The notes: a model not told the origin generated them from the letters alone. 64,000 nucleotides of DNA from Chrysemys picta bellii (GCF_011386835.1 NC_088794.1:1798001-1862000), one strand, 5' to 3'. Numbered from the stretch's first letter, positions 22,201 to 38,130 are shown. Numbers and translations are program-made.

Positions 22201-25200
22201 CAGACTGAAGTTCCACAATAGATGTTGTGGAGATCTCTCTCTTGGCTTTCAGCCTGCTAAGCCTGAACAGCTTTCCGTCCATTCTGTAAGTGATTTCAAC
22301 GCCAGCTGTAAACTTCCCAGCAATTAGGTAAAGAATGACAGCAATAAAAACCGCAAACGTGGTTGGAGCGATGATACAGCCCTGTTTGACTCCTGTTTGT
22401 TCTTTGAAAGGTTCGCTCTGGGAGCCAGTGCTGCTCAGAACAGTCGCTTTCATGGTATCATAAAGCAATTTTAGGACATTTGATGTATTTATCAGGACAT
22501 CCATCTTAGAAAGTATAATCCAGAGGGCACGGTGATTCACTGAATCAAAGGCTTTTGTTAGATCAATAAAAGCCATGTTCAGTGCTCGGTTTTGCTCCTG
22601 ACACTTTTCTTGCAGCTGCCGTGCTGTGAAGATCATATCCGCAGTTCCGTGACATGGTCGGAAACCACTCTGTGACTCCAGTAAAATTTCTTCTGACGGG
22701 GCAGAAGGCGGCTTGCAAGGATCCGTGCCGTCAGAACTTTGCCTGCAATGGCTAGGAGGAAAATACCATGATAATTTCCACAATCCGCTTTATCCCCTTT
22801 CTTGCAGAGGGTGACAATCAGGGCATCCCTCATTTCACTGGGTATCTCCTCCTTTATCCAGGTAAAGCTGCCGAATTAGCTCTGGTCCACCGTCTTTAAA
22901 GATTTCAGCGGGGATCCCATCTAGACCTGCTGCCTTGTTGTTCTTCATCTGCTTGGTGGCTTTGTGTACCTCCTACAAATTGGGAGGGTCTCAGAGCTCA
23001 TCCCTAAATGGTTGTTGAGGGATTTGCTCAAGGACTTCATCTGCAATCATAGAATTACAGTTAAGGAGATCTTCAAAATATTCTTTCCAGTGAGAATTGA
23101 TGGCTTCGTTGTCCTTCAGAAGTGTAGTTCCATCCTTAGAGCTAAGAGGATTCATACCATGACAAATTGGCACGTAAACAGCCTTGGTGGCATTAAACAT
23201 CAAGCGATAGGACTCCAGGGTGATCTTAAACCTTTTCAGTACGGTTTCTTTAAACTTCCTGTATATCATAGCATCACCCATCTCCATTTCATTAGACTTG
23301 CCTGGCTTTTCCAGTCAGTTTGGGTAAGAGGATTGGCCTCCATTTATCCCCAGGAATCCTATGGCTATCACAGTCTATCAAAGGTGGTTAGGAATTCCTC
23401 AGTGCCCTCAGACTCACGATACATTGGGCAGAGTTTCTCCCACTCCCTGCTGTTGAGAGGGGATGTACCCACCAGCTGAGGCTGTTCCTTTCGCTTCTTC
23501 AGAGTTTCCAGCTGCAGCCCATGAGCATTTCTCTCCGCTTCCAACGGCTCCCTGCATCTCTGGTGGGCTCTTTCCTCAATATCCTCCTTCTCCTTGATCC
23601 GGAGTTCCACCATCGTTTCCTCGTGCTCACTGGGCTTCCAGGTGTCTCAACCACCCCATGTCGGCTGCAGCGCCTTCTGGGGCCTGGGGGAGGGGGCTGA
23701 GACCCTGCTCTTTGGTCAAAGTCCATGAGCAAAGCTCCCAGTCCTGATTGAGTTTTTCTTCTTAAAGGAAGAACACAACTGCTCAAGGTCTTTTCCGTCA
23801 AGATCCGCGTGTGACTGTGATTCACCCATTGTGACTAACCCTTAACCCTTAAAAATCCCGATATCAAATGTACATTTTACCTAGCGCTGGGTTCTGAGCT
23901 TTCAGCCCAATTTACCTGTGGATGTCACTTCTGCCGACTACGCCAATTGGCCCGCTGGCCGAGTGGCTCACAGCTGCGAGTGCCAATCCCCAGTCAGAAA
24001 ACAGGGCAGGCCCCCAAGCTGGGGGTGTGCGTCTGTCATTAGATGTCACCAAGCCAGTGACAACTGTGCGCCCCTGGATCACTCCATTCCCATTGAGCCA
24101 CGGACAGTCCCCGTAGGGACATCTTACCACCCAGACACACGGGACTTGGTGATACTGGTCGCTATACTAACCTCACATCCCATTAGCTCACTCCCAGCCC
24201 CAAAGGGTCGGTCACTCACCCCAGAGACAGCGCTGGCAGCCGATTTCTCTAAGGGTTTATTAGCTCAGCAAAGGGAATGAGCTACTGAGAGGTTAAAGCA
24301 GGTAAAATACAGTAACAGGTGAGCCCAGGTTTGTAAGTCCAAAGCAGTAGCAGAGATGTGGTGATCAGGGAGTTTTCCATGCGTCTCTCAGGGATACGCA
24401 GAGTAACTTTGGGGATCTGTTCTTCCATGTGGAAGGCTTCCCTGTGAGTGGCCAAACAGTTTCAAGGAAAGATCCTTCATCTCCAATCCATCTTTTATGT
24501 CTTCTTCGCCCAGAAAGCTCACTGGCGGGTTCTGTACCCGCGTGGGCCTTCCTTGGCTGGTGGTGCATGAGGGATGCAGACTGTGTCTGTGAATTCCCAT
24601 CGAGAACTCAATGGCCCTTGCTTTGAAGTTAGCAACCTTCTTCATTTGGTGGGTAAACGTAATTACCGGGCTAGACACTGTGTACGTGGCAATGGAATAG
24701 CCCACAACGAGCCCTCCTTCGTTTTCATGAAGTTCACCCACCGAGTACATTTGCATCTCAGTGCTAGCACACACTTTGGCTGTAGGGTTAATGAAGAACA
24801 GGGATATACATAATGTAATGGGTAGCAATCAACAGGTTATGGGTCCACGAAGACAATCGCATTCACGTTCCCTTTGCACTAGATGAACATTCGAGTGAAT
24901 TCGTTCCCTTAGCATTTCTTTGGTGGTCACACACAAGTGAATTGACCTGTTGACCTGAGCTGGCCTGTTAGCATCACAGAGATAAAAGGGGGCAAATCCC
25001 ATAGACTCTGGGGGGGACACTCCTGTACCCAGATAATAAGTCGGGGAGCAACACACCAATCATTCTCTCACACTGTACCATACAGCGCCCGCATAGACTT
25101 CAGGGCCCCATGGAATCTTTCTACCAAACCATTAGTCACTGGGCAATGGGGAGCAGCTTTCACATCCCTCACTCCGCTCAGCACCCGTCACTTTTTGAAA

Positions 25201-28200
25201 ACTGCAGACATGAAATTTGCATCCCGGTCTGACAAGATTTCCCCGGGGAAACCAACTTGGCTAAAAACGGTGACTAGGGCAGTAGCCAGTTTCAGCTTCT
25301 ATATCAGACAGAGCTGGGCCTTCAGGGTACCTAGCGGCAGCACCCACCACTCCCAGGCTGTTTCTTTCCGTTCCTGGGAGGCCAGGGTAGGGGGCCCACC
25401 ATGTCCCCGGACCCTCTGGCAAACACCTCCTTAGCGATAGGCAGAGGTGCCCCGCAGGGTCTGTAACCGCTGGCGCTTCTGACACGACTCGTACTGTGAT
25501 TTTCACTGTCTCAAACGCAAGGCCAGGAGCCTCGTTTGAGCCTCGCACGGGTTCTCTCCACACCTCCCTGTCCAGCACAGGGGCAGTCATGAGCCACGTG
25601 CAGCAGCTCAGTTCTGCCCTTATCAGGCCCAACACCTGCTTGCAAAACGCAGCAGGGTGCCTCTTTTTCCCTCCGCACGGCAAACCTTCTCGAAAAGCCG
25701 ACGGAGGCGTTATTCTGAGCCACCTTCCTCTCCCTGGCCTGGGGTGCAGCCTGGTGAGCCTCCATAAACTCCCTTGGAGTCTCACTCGCGTTAGGAGCCA
25801 ACTCTGGCAAAGCAACGGACTCTCCAAACTCTCCTCTGGGGACAAACAGTTACTTTCTGCTGACAAAGGCCTGAGGGCGTTTCTCCTCCCTGCTGGCCAC
25901 AGATAAGCCAGCGCGGCAGAGCCAGACTTCTGGCTGCAAGTTCTGATATTACCCTGCTGAGACGTGGCTCCAGTGTCCTTACCTCATAAAACAGGTGTGG
26001 GAAGCAGATTCCTAATGCCCAGAATACTACCCCTGGAAAGTCCTCACGCTCCAGGTAAACCGTGGTCAAAGGTACAGAGACAGGGAATTTGGCCAGTGCT
26101 CATATTTGTAAGTTTTTACCTATATTTCTCCCTTACCAAACTTCCCTTGACCAAAGTGACTTGGGGTGCGGTGCCCCTCCAGCCCTTACCACAGCCCTCT
26201 TCATCAATTCTTCACTACCCGCCATGGCTTGTTCTAGACAGCCATAATGACTGCTTCTTGGAGCAGCTGGTCCTGGAACCCCCAAGAGGAGACGCAATTC
26301 TTGGTTTGGTCCTAAGTGGAGCACGGGATCTGGTCCAAGAGGTCAATAGAGATGAACCACATGGTAGTGGCGATCAACGTGTAATTACATCTAACATTCT
26401 TTGGGGCTGGGGGCGAAGGATACCAAAGAAGCCCCCCACAGTAGCATTTAACTTAGAAAAGGAGAAGTACACAAGAACGAGGAAGCTAGTTACATGGAAA
26501 TTAAAAGGAACAGTCACAGGCGTGAAATCCCGGCAAGCCGCGTGGAAACATTTTAAACACACCGTAATAGAGGCACAAATGAAATGTGTGCCCCAAATTG
26601 AAAAAACCCAGTAAGCTGACCAAAAACTACCACCACCACTAAACAACGGAATAGAAGAGGCAGGTAGAGGCAAAAAGGCATCCTTTAAAAATTGGAAGTT
26701 AAATCCTCCTGAGGAAAATAGAAAGGAGCATAAACTTTGGCAAGTCAAGAGTTTGTATAATTAGGCCAAACAAACAAACAAAAAAGAATTTGAAGAGCAA
26801 CTAGCAAAAGGCCCAAAAACTAACAGCAACAAAGAAAAAGTCCATCCAAAGCAGGAAGCTGCCAAACAATCAGTGGGGCCCCTGGCCGATCAAGGTGCTA
26901 AAGGAGCACTCAAGGACGATAAGGCCAGTGCATCTTTCTTCGCTGAGGTTCCCACACCTGAGCCATTCTGTTTAGATGACAGATCCGAGGACCTGTCCCA
27001 CATTGAGGTGTCAGTAGAGGAGGTTTTGGAACAAATTGATAAATGAAACAGTAACAAGTCACCAGGACCAGATGGTATCACCCAAGAGTTCTGAAGGACA
27101 TTGCAGAACTAACAACGGTGGTCTGTTCCCTATTGCTTAGATCAGCCTCAGGACCAGACGACTGGAGGCTAGCTAATGAAACACTGAGTTTTAAGAGGCT
27201 CCTGAGGCGATCTGGCAATCACCGGAATAAGCCCTGATAAAAACCCTGGGAGCCCAGAGGTTAAAGCCCCTACGTCTGCCACCACTGGGGGGCTCCTGGC
27301 CAGAGAAAACCAAACTGTGGCTGGTGGGGGTGCGGCTTGTGGGGTTTTATCAGGGTTGGGGTTGGATTTCCTTCCAATCCCCTCCCCCCTCTTACCCTGG
27401 GTGCCTGGGGGGTTTCCCTTCCCCTGCGACTTGCATCCTCCATGGGCCCCTCATTCAACAGCAATTTCTGCAGCCTCTAAACCTGTGGATGGTTTTCACC
27501 TCACAGCTGCCTACACCTCCCCTGGAATTACCCATAACGGCTGCTCCTGGCATCGGACCGGACAGCTTTCCACAGTCCCCTTCAGCCCCCGCCCCCATTA
27601 TCGCAGCAAACACCACATTTTATCCACACACTCAACATGAGGGACATAGTCAAACACCCTGACGTTTCTGTCCTTCAGTCGATAGCTCTTGGGGCTAGTG
27701 GGTTAGAGCAGGGGGGGCTGGGAGCCAGGACTCCTGGGTTCTCTCGCTGCTCTGGGAGGGGAGGGGGGCTGGTGGGTTAGAGCAGGGGGGGCTGGGAGCC
27801 AGGACTCCTGGGTTCTAACACCCCCATCTCCTGCAGTCTCCCCCTATTACCGGACCAAGCTTCGTGGACTCTACACGACTGCCAAAGCTGATGCGGAGGC
27901 TGAGTGCAAGTGAGTGCCCCTCCTCCCCGCCCCCCGCAGCTGCCGATGGCCCCGCCCCACTGCTCACCCCCTGTCTGTCCTCTCACCCCCAGCATCCTAC
28001 GCAAGGCGCTGGACAAGATTGCAGAGATCAAATCCCTTCTGGAGGAGCGGCGCATTGGTGAGTGTCCTCCCCTTCCCCCCATGCCTCCCCCCAGAATAGG
28101 CCAGGGGTCCAGCCCCACACTGGGAGCACTCGGCATGAGCAGGGACTCCGATCATCCTTTGGGGCTTGGACGATGGAGTGTCTCGGAGGAGGGTGGGAGC

Positions 28201-30606
28201 TCCCATGATCCCCTGGGGCTGGGTGTCTGTGCTTGGGGGTGCTGGGGTCGGGGAGCCAGGCCTGCAGTTTCATCAATGGGGTGAATGGGAGAGGTGGGGC
28301 GCCCAGGGTGGGTGTGGTAATCCGGGCTGGGTGGCATGTGAACACAGGGTCAGAGTGTCTGCAGTGGGGTCAGTGTCTGTGTCCGAGTCACTGGGGGCAG
28401 GAAGAGGGGGCTCCCCCTAGCTCTGTGGGGCTCACCTCCCTTTCTCCCCCCACCCACAGCTGCCAAGATTGCCGGGCTCTACAACGACTCAGAGCCGCCC
28501 CGCAAGACCATGCGCCGGGGCGTCCTCATGACCCTCCTCCAGCAGTCAGCCATGACGCTGCCCCTGTGGATCGGCAAACCTGGGGACAAGTGAGTGTCGC
28601 TGGGGTCGCCCAGAGCAGCCCGGGGTGGGACTCTGTCCCCACACCCCAGGTAACCTCGCCCTCCTCTCCCCGCAGGCCGCCCCCGCTCTGCGGTGCGATC
28701 CCCGCAGCCAGCGATTACGTGGCCAAGCCGGGGGACAAGGTGGCCGCTCGTGTCAAGGCTGTGGATGGGGACGAGCAATGGATCTTGGCCGAGGTGGTGA
28801 GCTACAGCCACGCCACCAACAAGTGAGCACCGGGTGTGGGTCCCCGGGGCTCCTGGGAAGAGTCAGCCCCACGCAGCTACAGCCAGCTTGGGGCATCCAG
28901 CCATAGAGGTGGGCGACAAGGGGTACCAGACAATCCTACCTAGAAGTGCCAATCTAGGCCCTCAAGGGAGATGGCTCTATGATCCTGCAATCTTTTGGAC
29001 TTAAGTCCCCTTTTTTTGCCACTTCAGAAGGGTAACTCTATGGTTCTACCACCTTAGAGAGGTAGAAACACCTCTCCAGACACTTCAGGATGGCATCCCT
29101 ATGGTTTCTGCTGTCTTGGTAGCATAGAAACCCCTTTCCAACTTTGCAGCAGGTGTGACTCTGGTCCTACCACCTTAGAGGTATGGAGGCTCCCCTCTAG
29201 CTGCTCGAGGGTGGTGGCTCTATGGTGCTGGATTGTGCTTATTTAGGGACTTGACGGAGATGGTCTGTGGTATTGCAGCTCTAGGGGCATAGATACTCTC
29301 TAGCCACTCAAAGGAGATGGCTCCATGGTTCTCCAGTAAGCGCTGCATAGTAATGCCTCTCTAGCTGCTCAGTGGAGATGGCTCTATGGTCCTGCAGCCT
29401 TAGGTCCTCCACTTGCCTGCCCCTCACGGCGACGTCTCCTCTCTTTGCAGGTACGAGGTGGATGATATTGATGAAGAAGGCAAAGAGTAAGTGAGAGGAG
29501 AGGAGAGGAACGGAGAGGGGAAGGTGGTGGTGATGGGGAGGCTTTCTCGTCCGGGGGGGGAGTCCTGTCTCACCCTGTCTCCCCCGCCCGCCCCCCCCAG
29601 GCGTCACACCCTGAGCCGCCGCCGCATCATCCCGTTGCCCCAGTGGAAGGCGAACCCTGAGACAGACCCTGAGGCACTGTTCCAGAAGGACCAGCTGGTG
29701 TTGGCGCTGTATCCCCAGACCACCTGCTTCTACCGGGCCCTGATCCACGCCCCACCCCAGCGGGTAAGGGGCAGTTCCCCTCTGGGGGGCACTGATCTGA
29801 GACTGGTGGGGGCACGGGATGGGGCCTTTCCTTACTAAGGGCTACCCAGACTCATCCAGCCCAGGGCGGGGACTGGCTGGCTCGGGGGTGGGGGCCTGTC
29901 CCCGGTGGGGGACGCTGGCTCCGATCCAGTCCCAGGGCAGGGACTGGCTGGCTCAGGGGGGCGGGGAATGGGGCGGGGGCCTGTCCCCGGTGGGGAACGC
30001 TGGCTCCGATCCGGCCCCAGGGCAGGGACTGGCTGTCTCAGGGGGGCGGGAAATGGGGCAGGGACCTGTCCACAGGGCGGGGCGCTCGCTCCAATCTGGC
30101 CCCAGGGTGGGGATTGGCTGGCTCGGGGGTGGGGGCCTGTCCCCGGTGGGGGACGCTGGCTCCGATCCGGCCCCAGGGCAGGGACTGGCTGGCTCAGGGG
30201 GGCGGGGAATGGGGCGGGGGCCTGTCCCCGGTGGGGAACGCTGGCTCCGATCCGGCCCCAGGGCAGGGACTGGCTGGCTCAGGGGGGGCGGGGAATGGGG
30301 CGGGGGCCTGTCCACGGTGCAGGGCGCTGGCTCCGATCCGGCCCCAGGGCAGGGACTGGCTGGCTCAGGGGGGGCGGGGAATGGGGCGGGGGCCTGTCCA
30401 CGGTGCAGGGCGCTGGCTCCGATGGCGGGGAATGCGGCGGGGGCCTGGGGTGCAGAAGGGCTCCAGTGTCTGACTCTGCCTCTCTCCAGCCCCAGGACGA
30501 TTACTCGGTGCTCTTCGAGGACACGTCCTACGCGGACGGCTACTCCCCGCCCCTCAACGTGGCCCAGAGATACGTGGTGGCCTGTAAGGAGACCAAGAAG
30601 AAGTGA
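7205..30606 (+). CDS. SGF29: SAGA complex-associated factor 29 (CCDC101), tandem Tudor H3K4me3 reader, 293 aa
   Basis: Coding exons 7205-7279, 7563-7638, 27837-27909, 27993-28057, 28460-28589, 28676-28822, 29451-29486, 29601-29763, 30490-30606. All GT-AG, sum 882 nt; MALVSADSRIAELL...AQRYVVACKETKKK*. Confidence 0.98.
8581..9855 (-). mobile_element. CR1 LINE 3' fragment (RT C-terminus plus 3' UTR)
   Basis: ORF 8847-9728: DFSETFDTVSH...GVLQGSVL...KFADDT...[26 protein letters not shown]; CR1 3' tail (catagaatc on +) at 8582. Confidence 0.92.
9856..10165. mobile_element. Charlie-like hAT MITE (about 310 bp)
   Basis: Termini CGGGGTAGGCAACC / GGTTGCCGACCCCTG; degenerate 8-bp TSD TTCTAGGT / GTCTAGAT around a TCTAGA-type target. 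Confidence 0.8.
10750..14781 (-). mobile_element. Unclassified composite insertion (LTR-like ends, internal degenerate repeats, includes a hAT-type MITE near 10950-11204)
   Basis: Interrupts the older element between integrase and RT; related segments at about 10750-10930 and 13965-14100; TGTAAGG-type terminus on - at 14781; GGTTGAGAACC MITE end at about 11195-11204. Confidence 0.4.
15316..16388 (-). repeat. 3' LTR of the younger element (terminal 53 bp inverted)
   Basis: 15377-16388 closely matches 23993-24978. Confidence 0.85.
16646..16836 (-). mobile_element. tRNA-derived SINE with CR1-like 3' tail (tortoise Pol III/SINE type)
   Basis: Minus strand GGGGAGATAGCTCAGTGGTTTGAGCATTGGCC...GGGTTGTGAGTTCAATCC head (A/B boxes) plus CR1 tail; TSD CTTTTT at 16640-16645 and 16837-16842; splits RNase H at LSKK/LTP. 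Confidence 0.85.
17240..17520 (-). mobile_element. Short non-autonomous DNA-transposon-like insertion within RT
   Basis: Terminus CATAGGTGCCGACTCC on -; RT reading resumes on the other side; left boundary uncertain. Confidence 0.5.
18677..19402 (+). mobile_element. CR1 LINE 3' fragment inserted in integrase
   Basis: CR1 ORF2 C-terminal sequence and 3' UTR ending ...ctggccgttctta; integrase frame flanks both sides. Confidence 0.85.
21245..23195 (-). mobile_element. RTE-clade LINE, 5'-truncated, inserted in gag
   Basis: ORFs with ESQSGFRP...AFIDLTKAFDSV...GVKQGC...ADD and MYGSETWT...RCLRKILKIKWEDR...RMPDHRLPKQVLF...GGQRKRYKD; (ATC)n tail at about 21245; gag YRLMF|RNLKL rejoins across it. Confidence 0.9.
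23931..23945 (-). other. Primer-binding site complementary to the 3' end of tRNA-Ser
   Basis: TGGCGTAGTCGGCAG on -, 2 nt after the LTR end; reverse complement CTGCCGACTACGCCA matches the 3' end of vertebrate tRNA-Ser(AGA/TGA) as recalled. Confidence 0.8.
23948..24978 (-). repeat. 5' LTR of the younger element
   Basis: TG...CA termini; followed on - by the PBS and gag; flanked by GAGAT at 24979-24983. Confidence 0.88.
26195..27233 (+). mobile_element. CR1 LINE internal ORF2 fragment (endonuclease-RT linker)
   Basis: DCFLEQLVLEPPRGDAILGLVL...GSGDQRVI...; ends in a DWR.AN...GD.GN-type segment. Confidence 0.8.
29850..30430. repeat. G-rich minisatellite (about 65-70 bp unit) in the last SGF29 intron
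   Basis: About 8 copies of ccggccccagggcagggactggctggctcagggggggcggggaatgggg... Confidence 0.85.
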
Positions 30607-30644
30607 GGGGGTGGGGGCGGAGCTTGGGGGGCGCCCGTGAGTAT

Positions 30645-30650
30645 AATAAA
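30645..30650 (+). terminator. SGF29 polyadenylation signal
   Basis: AATAAA 39 nt after the stop codon. Confidence 0.7.
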
Positions 30651-30771
30651 GGCTTCTCCGCCCCCCCATTGCGCTCTGCTGTGGTTCATGCCAATGCCGA
30701 CGCCACCCCTGGCATGGGGCCGAGGGAACCGCGCCCCACGGGGCCACGGAGGTCAGCATCTTCCAGCAGAG

Positions 30772-31341
30772 CCTCGGGGCCCGGCAGTTCAGAGCCCGGC
30801 ACCTCGGGGCCCGGCGGTTCAGAGCCCGGCACCTCGGGGCCCGGCGGTTCAGAGCCCGGCACCTCGGGGCCTTGGAGTTCAGAGCCCGGCACCTCGGGGC
30901 CTGGCGGTTCAGAGCCCGGCACCTCGGGGCCTTGGAGTTCAGAGCCCGGCACCTCGGGGCCTGGCGGTTCAGAGCCCGGCACCTCGGGGCCTGGCGGTTC
31001 AGAGCCCGGCACCTCGGGGCCTGGCGGTTCAGAGCCCAGCACCCCTGGGCCTGGCGGTTCAGAGCCCGGCACCTCGGGGCCTTGGAGTTCAGAGCCCGGC
31101 ACCTCGGGGCCTGGCGGTTCAGAGCCCGGCACCGCTGGGCCTGGCGGTTCAGAGCCCGGCACCTCGGGGCCTTGGAGTTCAGAGCCTGGCACCTCGGGGC
31201 CTGGCGGTTCAGAGCCCGGCACCTCGGGGCCTGGCGGCTCAGAGCCCGGCACCTCGGGGCCTGGCGGTTCAGAGCCCGGCACCTCGGGGCCTGGCGGTTC
31301 AGAGCCCGGCACCTCGGGGCCTGGCGGTTCAGAGCCCGACA
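30772..31341. repeat. 30-bp minisatellite (cctcggggcctggcggttcagagcccggca) x about 19
   Basis: Exact 30-nt periodicity visible. Confidence 0.92.
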
Positions 31342-32725
31342 CCTCTAGGCTCCCTGCATCAGTTATGAAAGTAAAAACCTTCCTTGAGCCCCAGCCCGTC
31401 TTTGATCATAAATGAAGCCCTGGGTGTCCCCACCCCTGGGCCGGTCTGTACAGGGCCGGGCCGGGCCAGAGAGCTGGGACCCGCCTGGTACCAGCCCCCC
31501 GGGTGGTCAGTGTGCCCTCGAGGGGGTACCAGCCTGTGCCCCCCATCTCCTGTCAGACCGGGCCAGGTCTTTCGTCTCGGTTCCTACCCCCGGAGTTGGG
31601 CTAACGCCAGGTCACCCCACACGGCCTCTGTCAGGGTCTTGCCCCCTTGGTGCCAGCCCCAGCCCATGGTGTCTGGCCCGTGGGTGCCAGGCAGTGCCAG
31701 GGCCCACCAAGACAGGGCTCTCCAGTACCTCCCCGCAGCCGCCCCACGGGACCCACGCCGCTAAGGGGCACCATGCCTGGCTGGGCAGGGCAAGGCAAGG
31801 GGCAGGCATGTCCCTGCGCCCGGCTGCTGCCCACCTGGGGCCTGAGCCCCGCCCCTCCACCCACCCTGGGGGGGGCTCTGCCCCTCCCTCTCCTGGTGGC
31901 CATGTGGGATTGGCGGGGGGGCGTGTCGGCAGCAGGCCAGGCCCCAGCTCTCCTGCTGGGCTCCTGCGTCTCGGGGGGACTGCTGCTGGGAGTCTGAGGC
32001 CTCTGGCTTTAGCTGGGGGGATCCCCCAGATCTAATGGGGGGGTGCACAGTTACCCCCCGGGGTGAACGAAACAGCCGATTGCACCAAACACCCCGGCTG
32101 TGTGACTCTCCCCTCCCCACAGCTCCTGCCCCACAGCTCCCCCCACGTGCACCCTGCCCCCCAACTCCCCCCACACAGCTCCTGCCTCTCTGCCCCCAAC
32201 TCCCCCCACCCGCACCCTGCCCCCCAACACCCCCACAGTTCCAGCGCCCCAACTCCCCCCACCCACACACTGCCCCCAACTCCCCCACACAGCTCCAGCC
32301 CCCCAACTTCCCCCACCCGCACCCTGCCCACACAGCTCCTGCCTCTCTGCCTCTCACCTGCACCCTGCCCCCCAGCTCCTACCACACACACCCTGCCCCC
32401 CGACTTCCCCCAGACAGCTCCTGCCTCTCTTTTCCCCCCCCCCCCCCGCATCCTGCCCCAGTTCCCCCCAAAACCCTGCCCCACAGCTCCGGCCTCTTTA
32501 CCCCTACACCCTGCCCCCTGCAGTGCCCAGAGCCCTGCCTCCCTCCGCCCCAGCACTTAGATCCAGCCCCAAACCGTTTCCCCCACTGGCTGCCTTATTG
32601 ACCCCTTCTAGGGTTTGTTCATTAACTACTCTTCACCAGACCCTTTGACCCGCTGCCTGGACACCTGGGTTCTGGCTCCTCGCCCGGCCTGGGCGCGATT
32701 CCTGGCGTCGGGGGCTCGAGGGTTA

Positions 32726-32731
32726 TTTATT
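32726..32731 (-). terminator. Probable SULT1 polyadenylation signal
   Basis: TTTATT on +, about 400 nt past the stop. Confidence 0.55.
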
Positions 32732-33132
32732 GTTCTGGGCCCAGTGTGGCTCCCATCCCCTTCCGCTCCCCCCCCCAACCACTGGGTCCCACCCCCGTCC
32801 TGGAGCCAGGGGAGAACCCAGGCGTCCGGGCTCCCCTCCCCCCAGCCCGCTCTAACCACTGGGTCCCACTCCCCTCCCGGAGCAGGTTGGGGGGGCGGAT
32901 TATTCAAGAGGCTCTGGCAGGGAGGCAAGTGGAACTGGAGTCAGAGCTGGGGGGGGGGGCTGCGAACTGGAGAAAAGTCCCCCCCCAGCACCCCCCACGC
33001 ACAGCCAGTGCCCCTCCCCCTCGCCACGGCGCTCCCTGCTGCAATGAACCACACGAAGCGGAGGGCAGAGCAGGTAACTCAGCTTTATCTCTCTGCAGTG
33101 GGGCAGGGGGGGCTGATGTGGGGCGGGGGGGC

Positions 33133-37885
<4,753 letters not shown>

Positions 37886-38072
37886 TCAGGAACCGGGGCG
37901 GGGGGGAGGCGGTTGCCCCTTTCTGTAGGGCGGCAGGAGGGTCCCCGCAGGAGAAGGGCAGGTCCTGGGGACTCGGCGCCCCATCCCTCTGCCCGTCCTG
38001 CGGGCTCCGGACACCTGGGTCCCTTCTCCTGCCTGGGGGGCCCTGGGGAGCTGCCCCCCCACACACACTCAC

Positions 38073-38130
38073 TTGCTCGGGGCTCGGCGGGGTCCGGAGA
38101 AGCTCTGCGCGAGGCCGGGCGGGTTTTATC
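38073..38130 (-). promoter_or_regulatory. Probable SULT1 non-coding first exon with a TATA-like GATAAAA
   Basis: Donor CAA|GTGAGT at 38072; GATAAAA at 38130-38124; the coding exon has an acceptor at 37519-37518. Confidence 0.5.

Larger units (their letters stand above)
15316..24978 (-). mobile_element. Younger near full-length Gmr1-type Gypsy LTR retrotransposon (gag-PR-INT-RT-RNaseH), disabled
   Basis: Two LTRs of about 1 kb; PBS; gag 23829-20730 with CHLCGALGHRKPKC knuckle; protease RDTASQVTLV at about 20600; integrase 19994-18300 (HD..GQLG..C..C, VDIVG, YHPE..GL.E.FN); RT with YVDD at about 17620; RNase H ending ADALSR at about 16410; TSD GAGAT. Confidence 0.9.
7808..27660 (-). mobile_element. 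Older, decayed Gmr1-type Gypsy LTR retrotransposon hosting the nested insertions
   Basis: Minus-strand remnants in order: gag (27660-27240, partly inverted), protease (about 26170-25960), integrase (about 25700-24979, resuming 15315-14880), RT (about 10750-10180, resuming 8580-8450: KVEAIWSWPAPQTKAQVQSFTGLASYY), RNase H end, and a putative 3' LTR at about 8281-7808 resembling the younger LTR. Boundaries approximate. Confidence 0.7.

Noticed and set aside
23931-23945. Exact tRNA-Ser 3' end including CCA on the + strand
   Set aside because: Only 15 nt, positioned next to an LTR; it is a primer-binding site
15178-24280. Duplicated ORFs (15178-15666 and 23918-24280) suggesting a paralogous gene pair
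   Set aside because: Both are chance frames across the two LTR copies
30603-31415. 270-aa ORF of (SEPGTSGPGG)n resembling a mucin or structural protein
   Set aside because: It is a translation of a 30-bp minisatellite open in several frames on both strands, starts at the SGF29 stop, spans its polyA signal, and has a GTG start with no splice support
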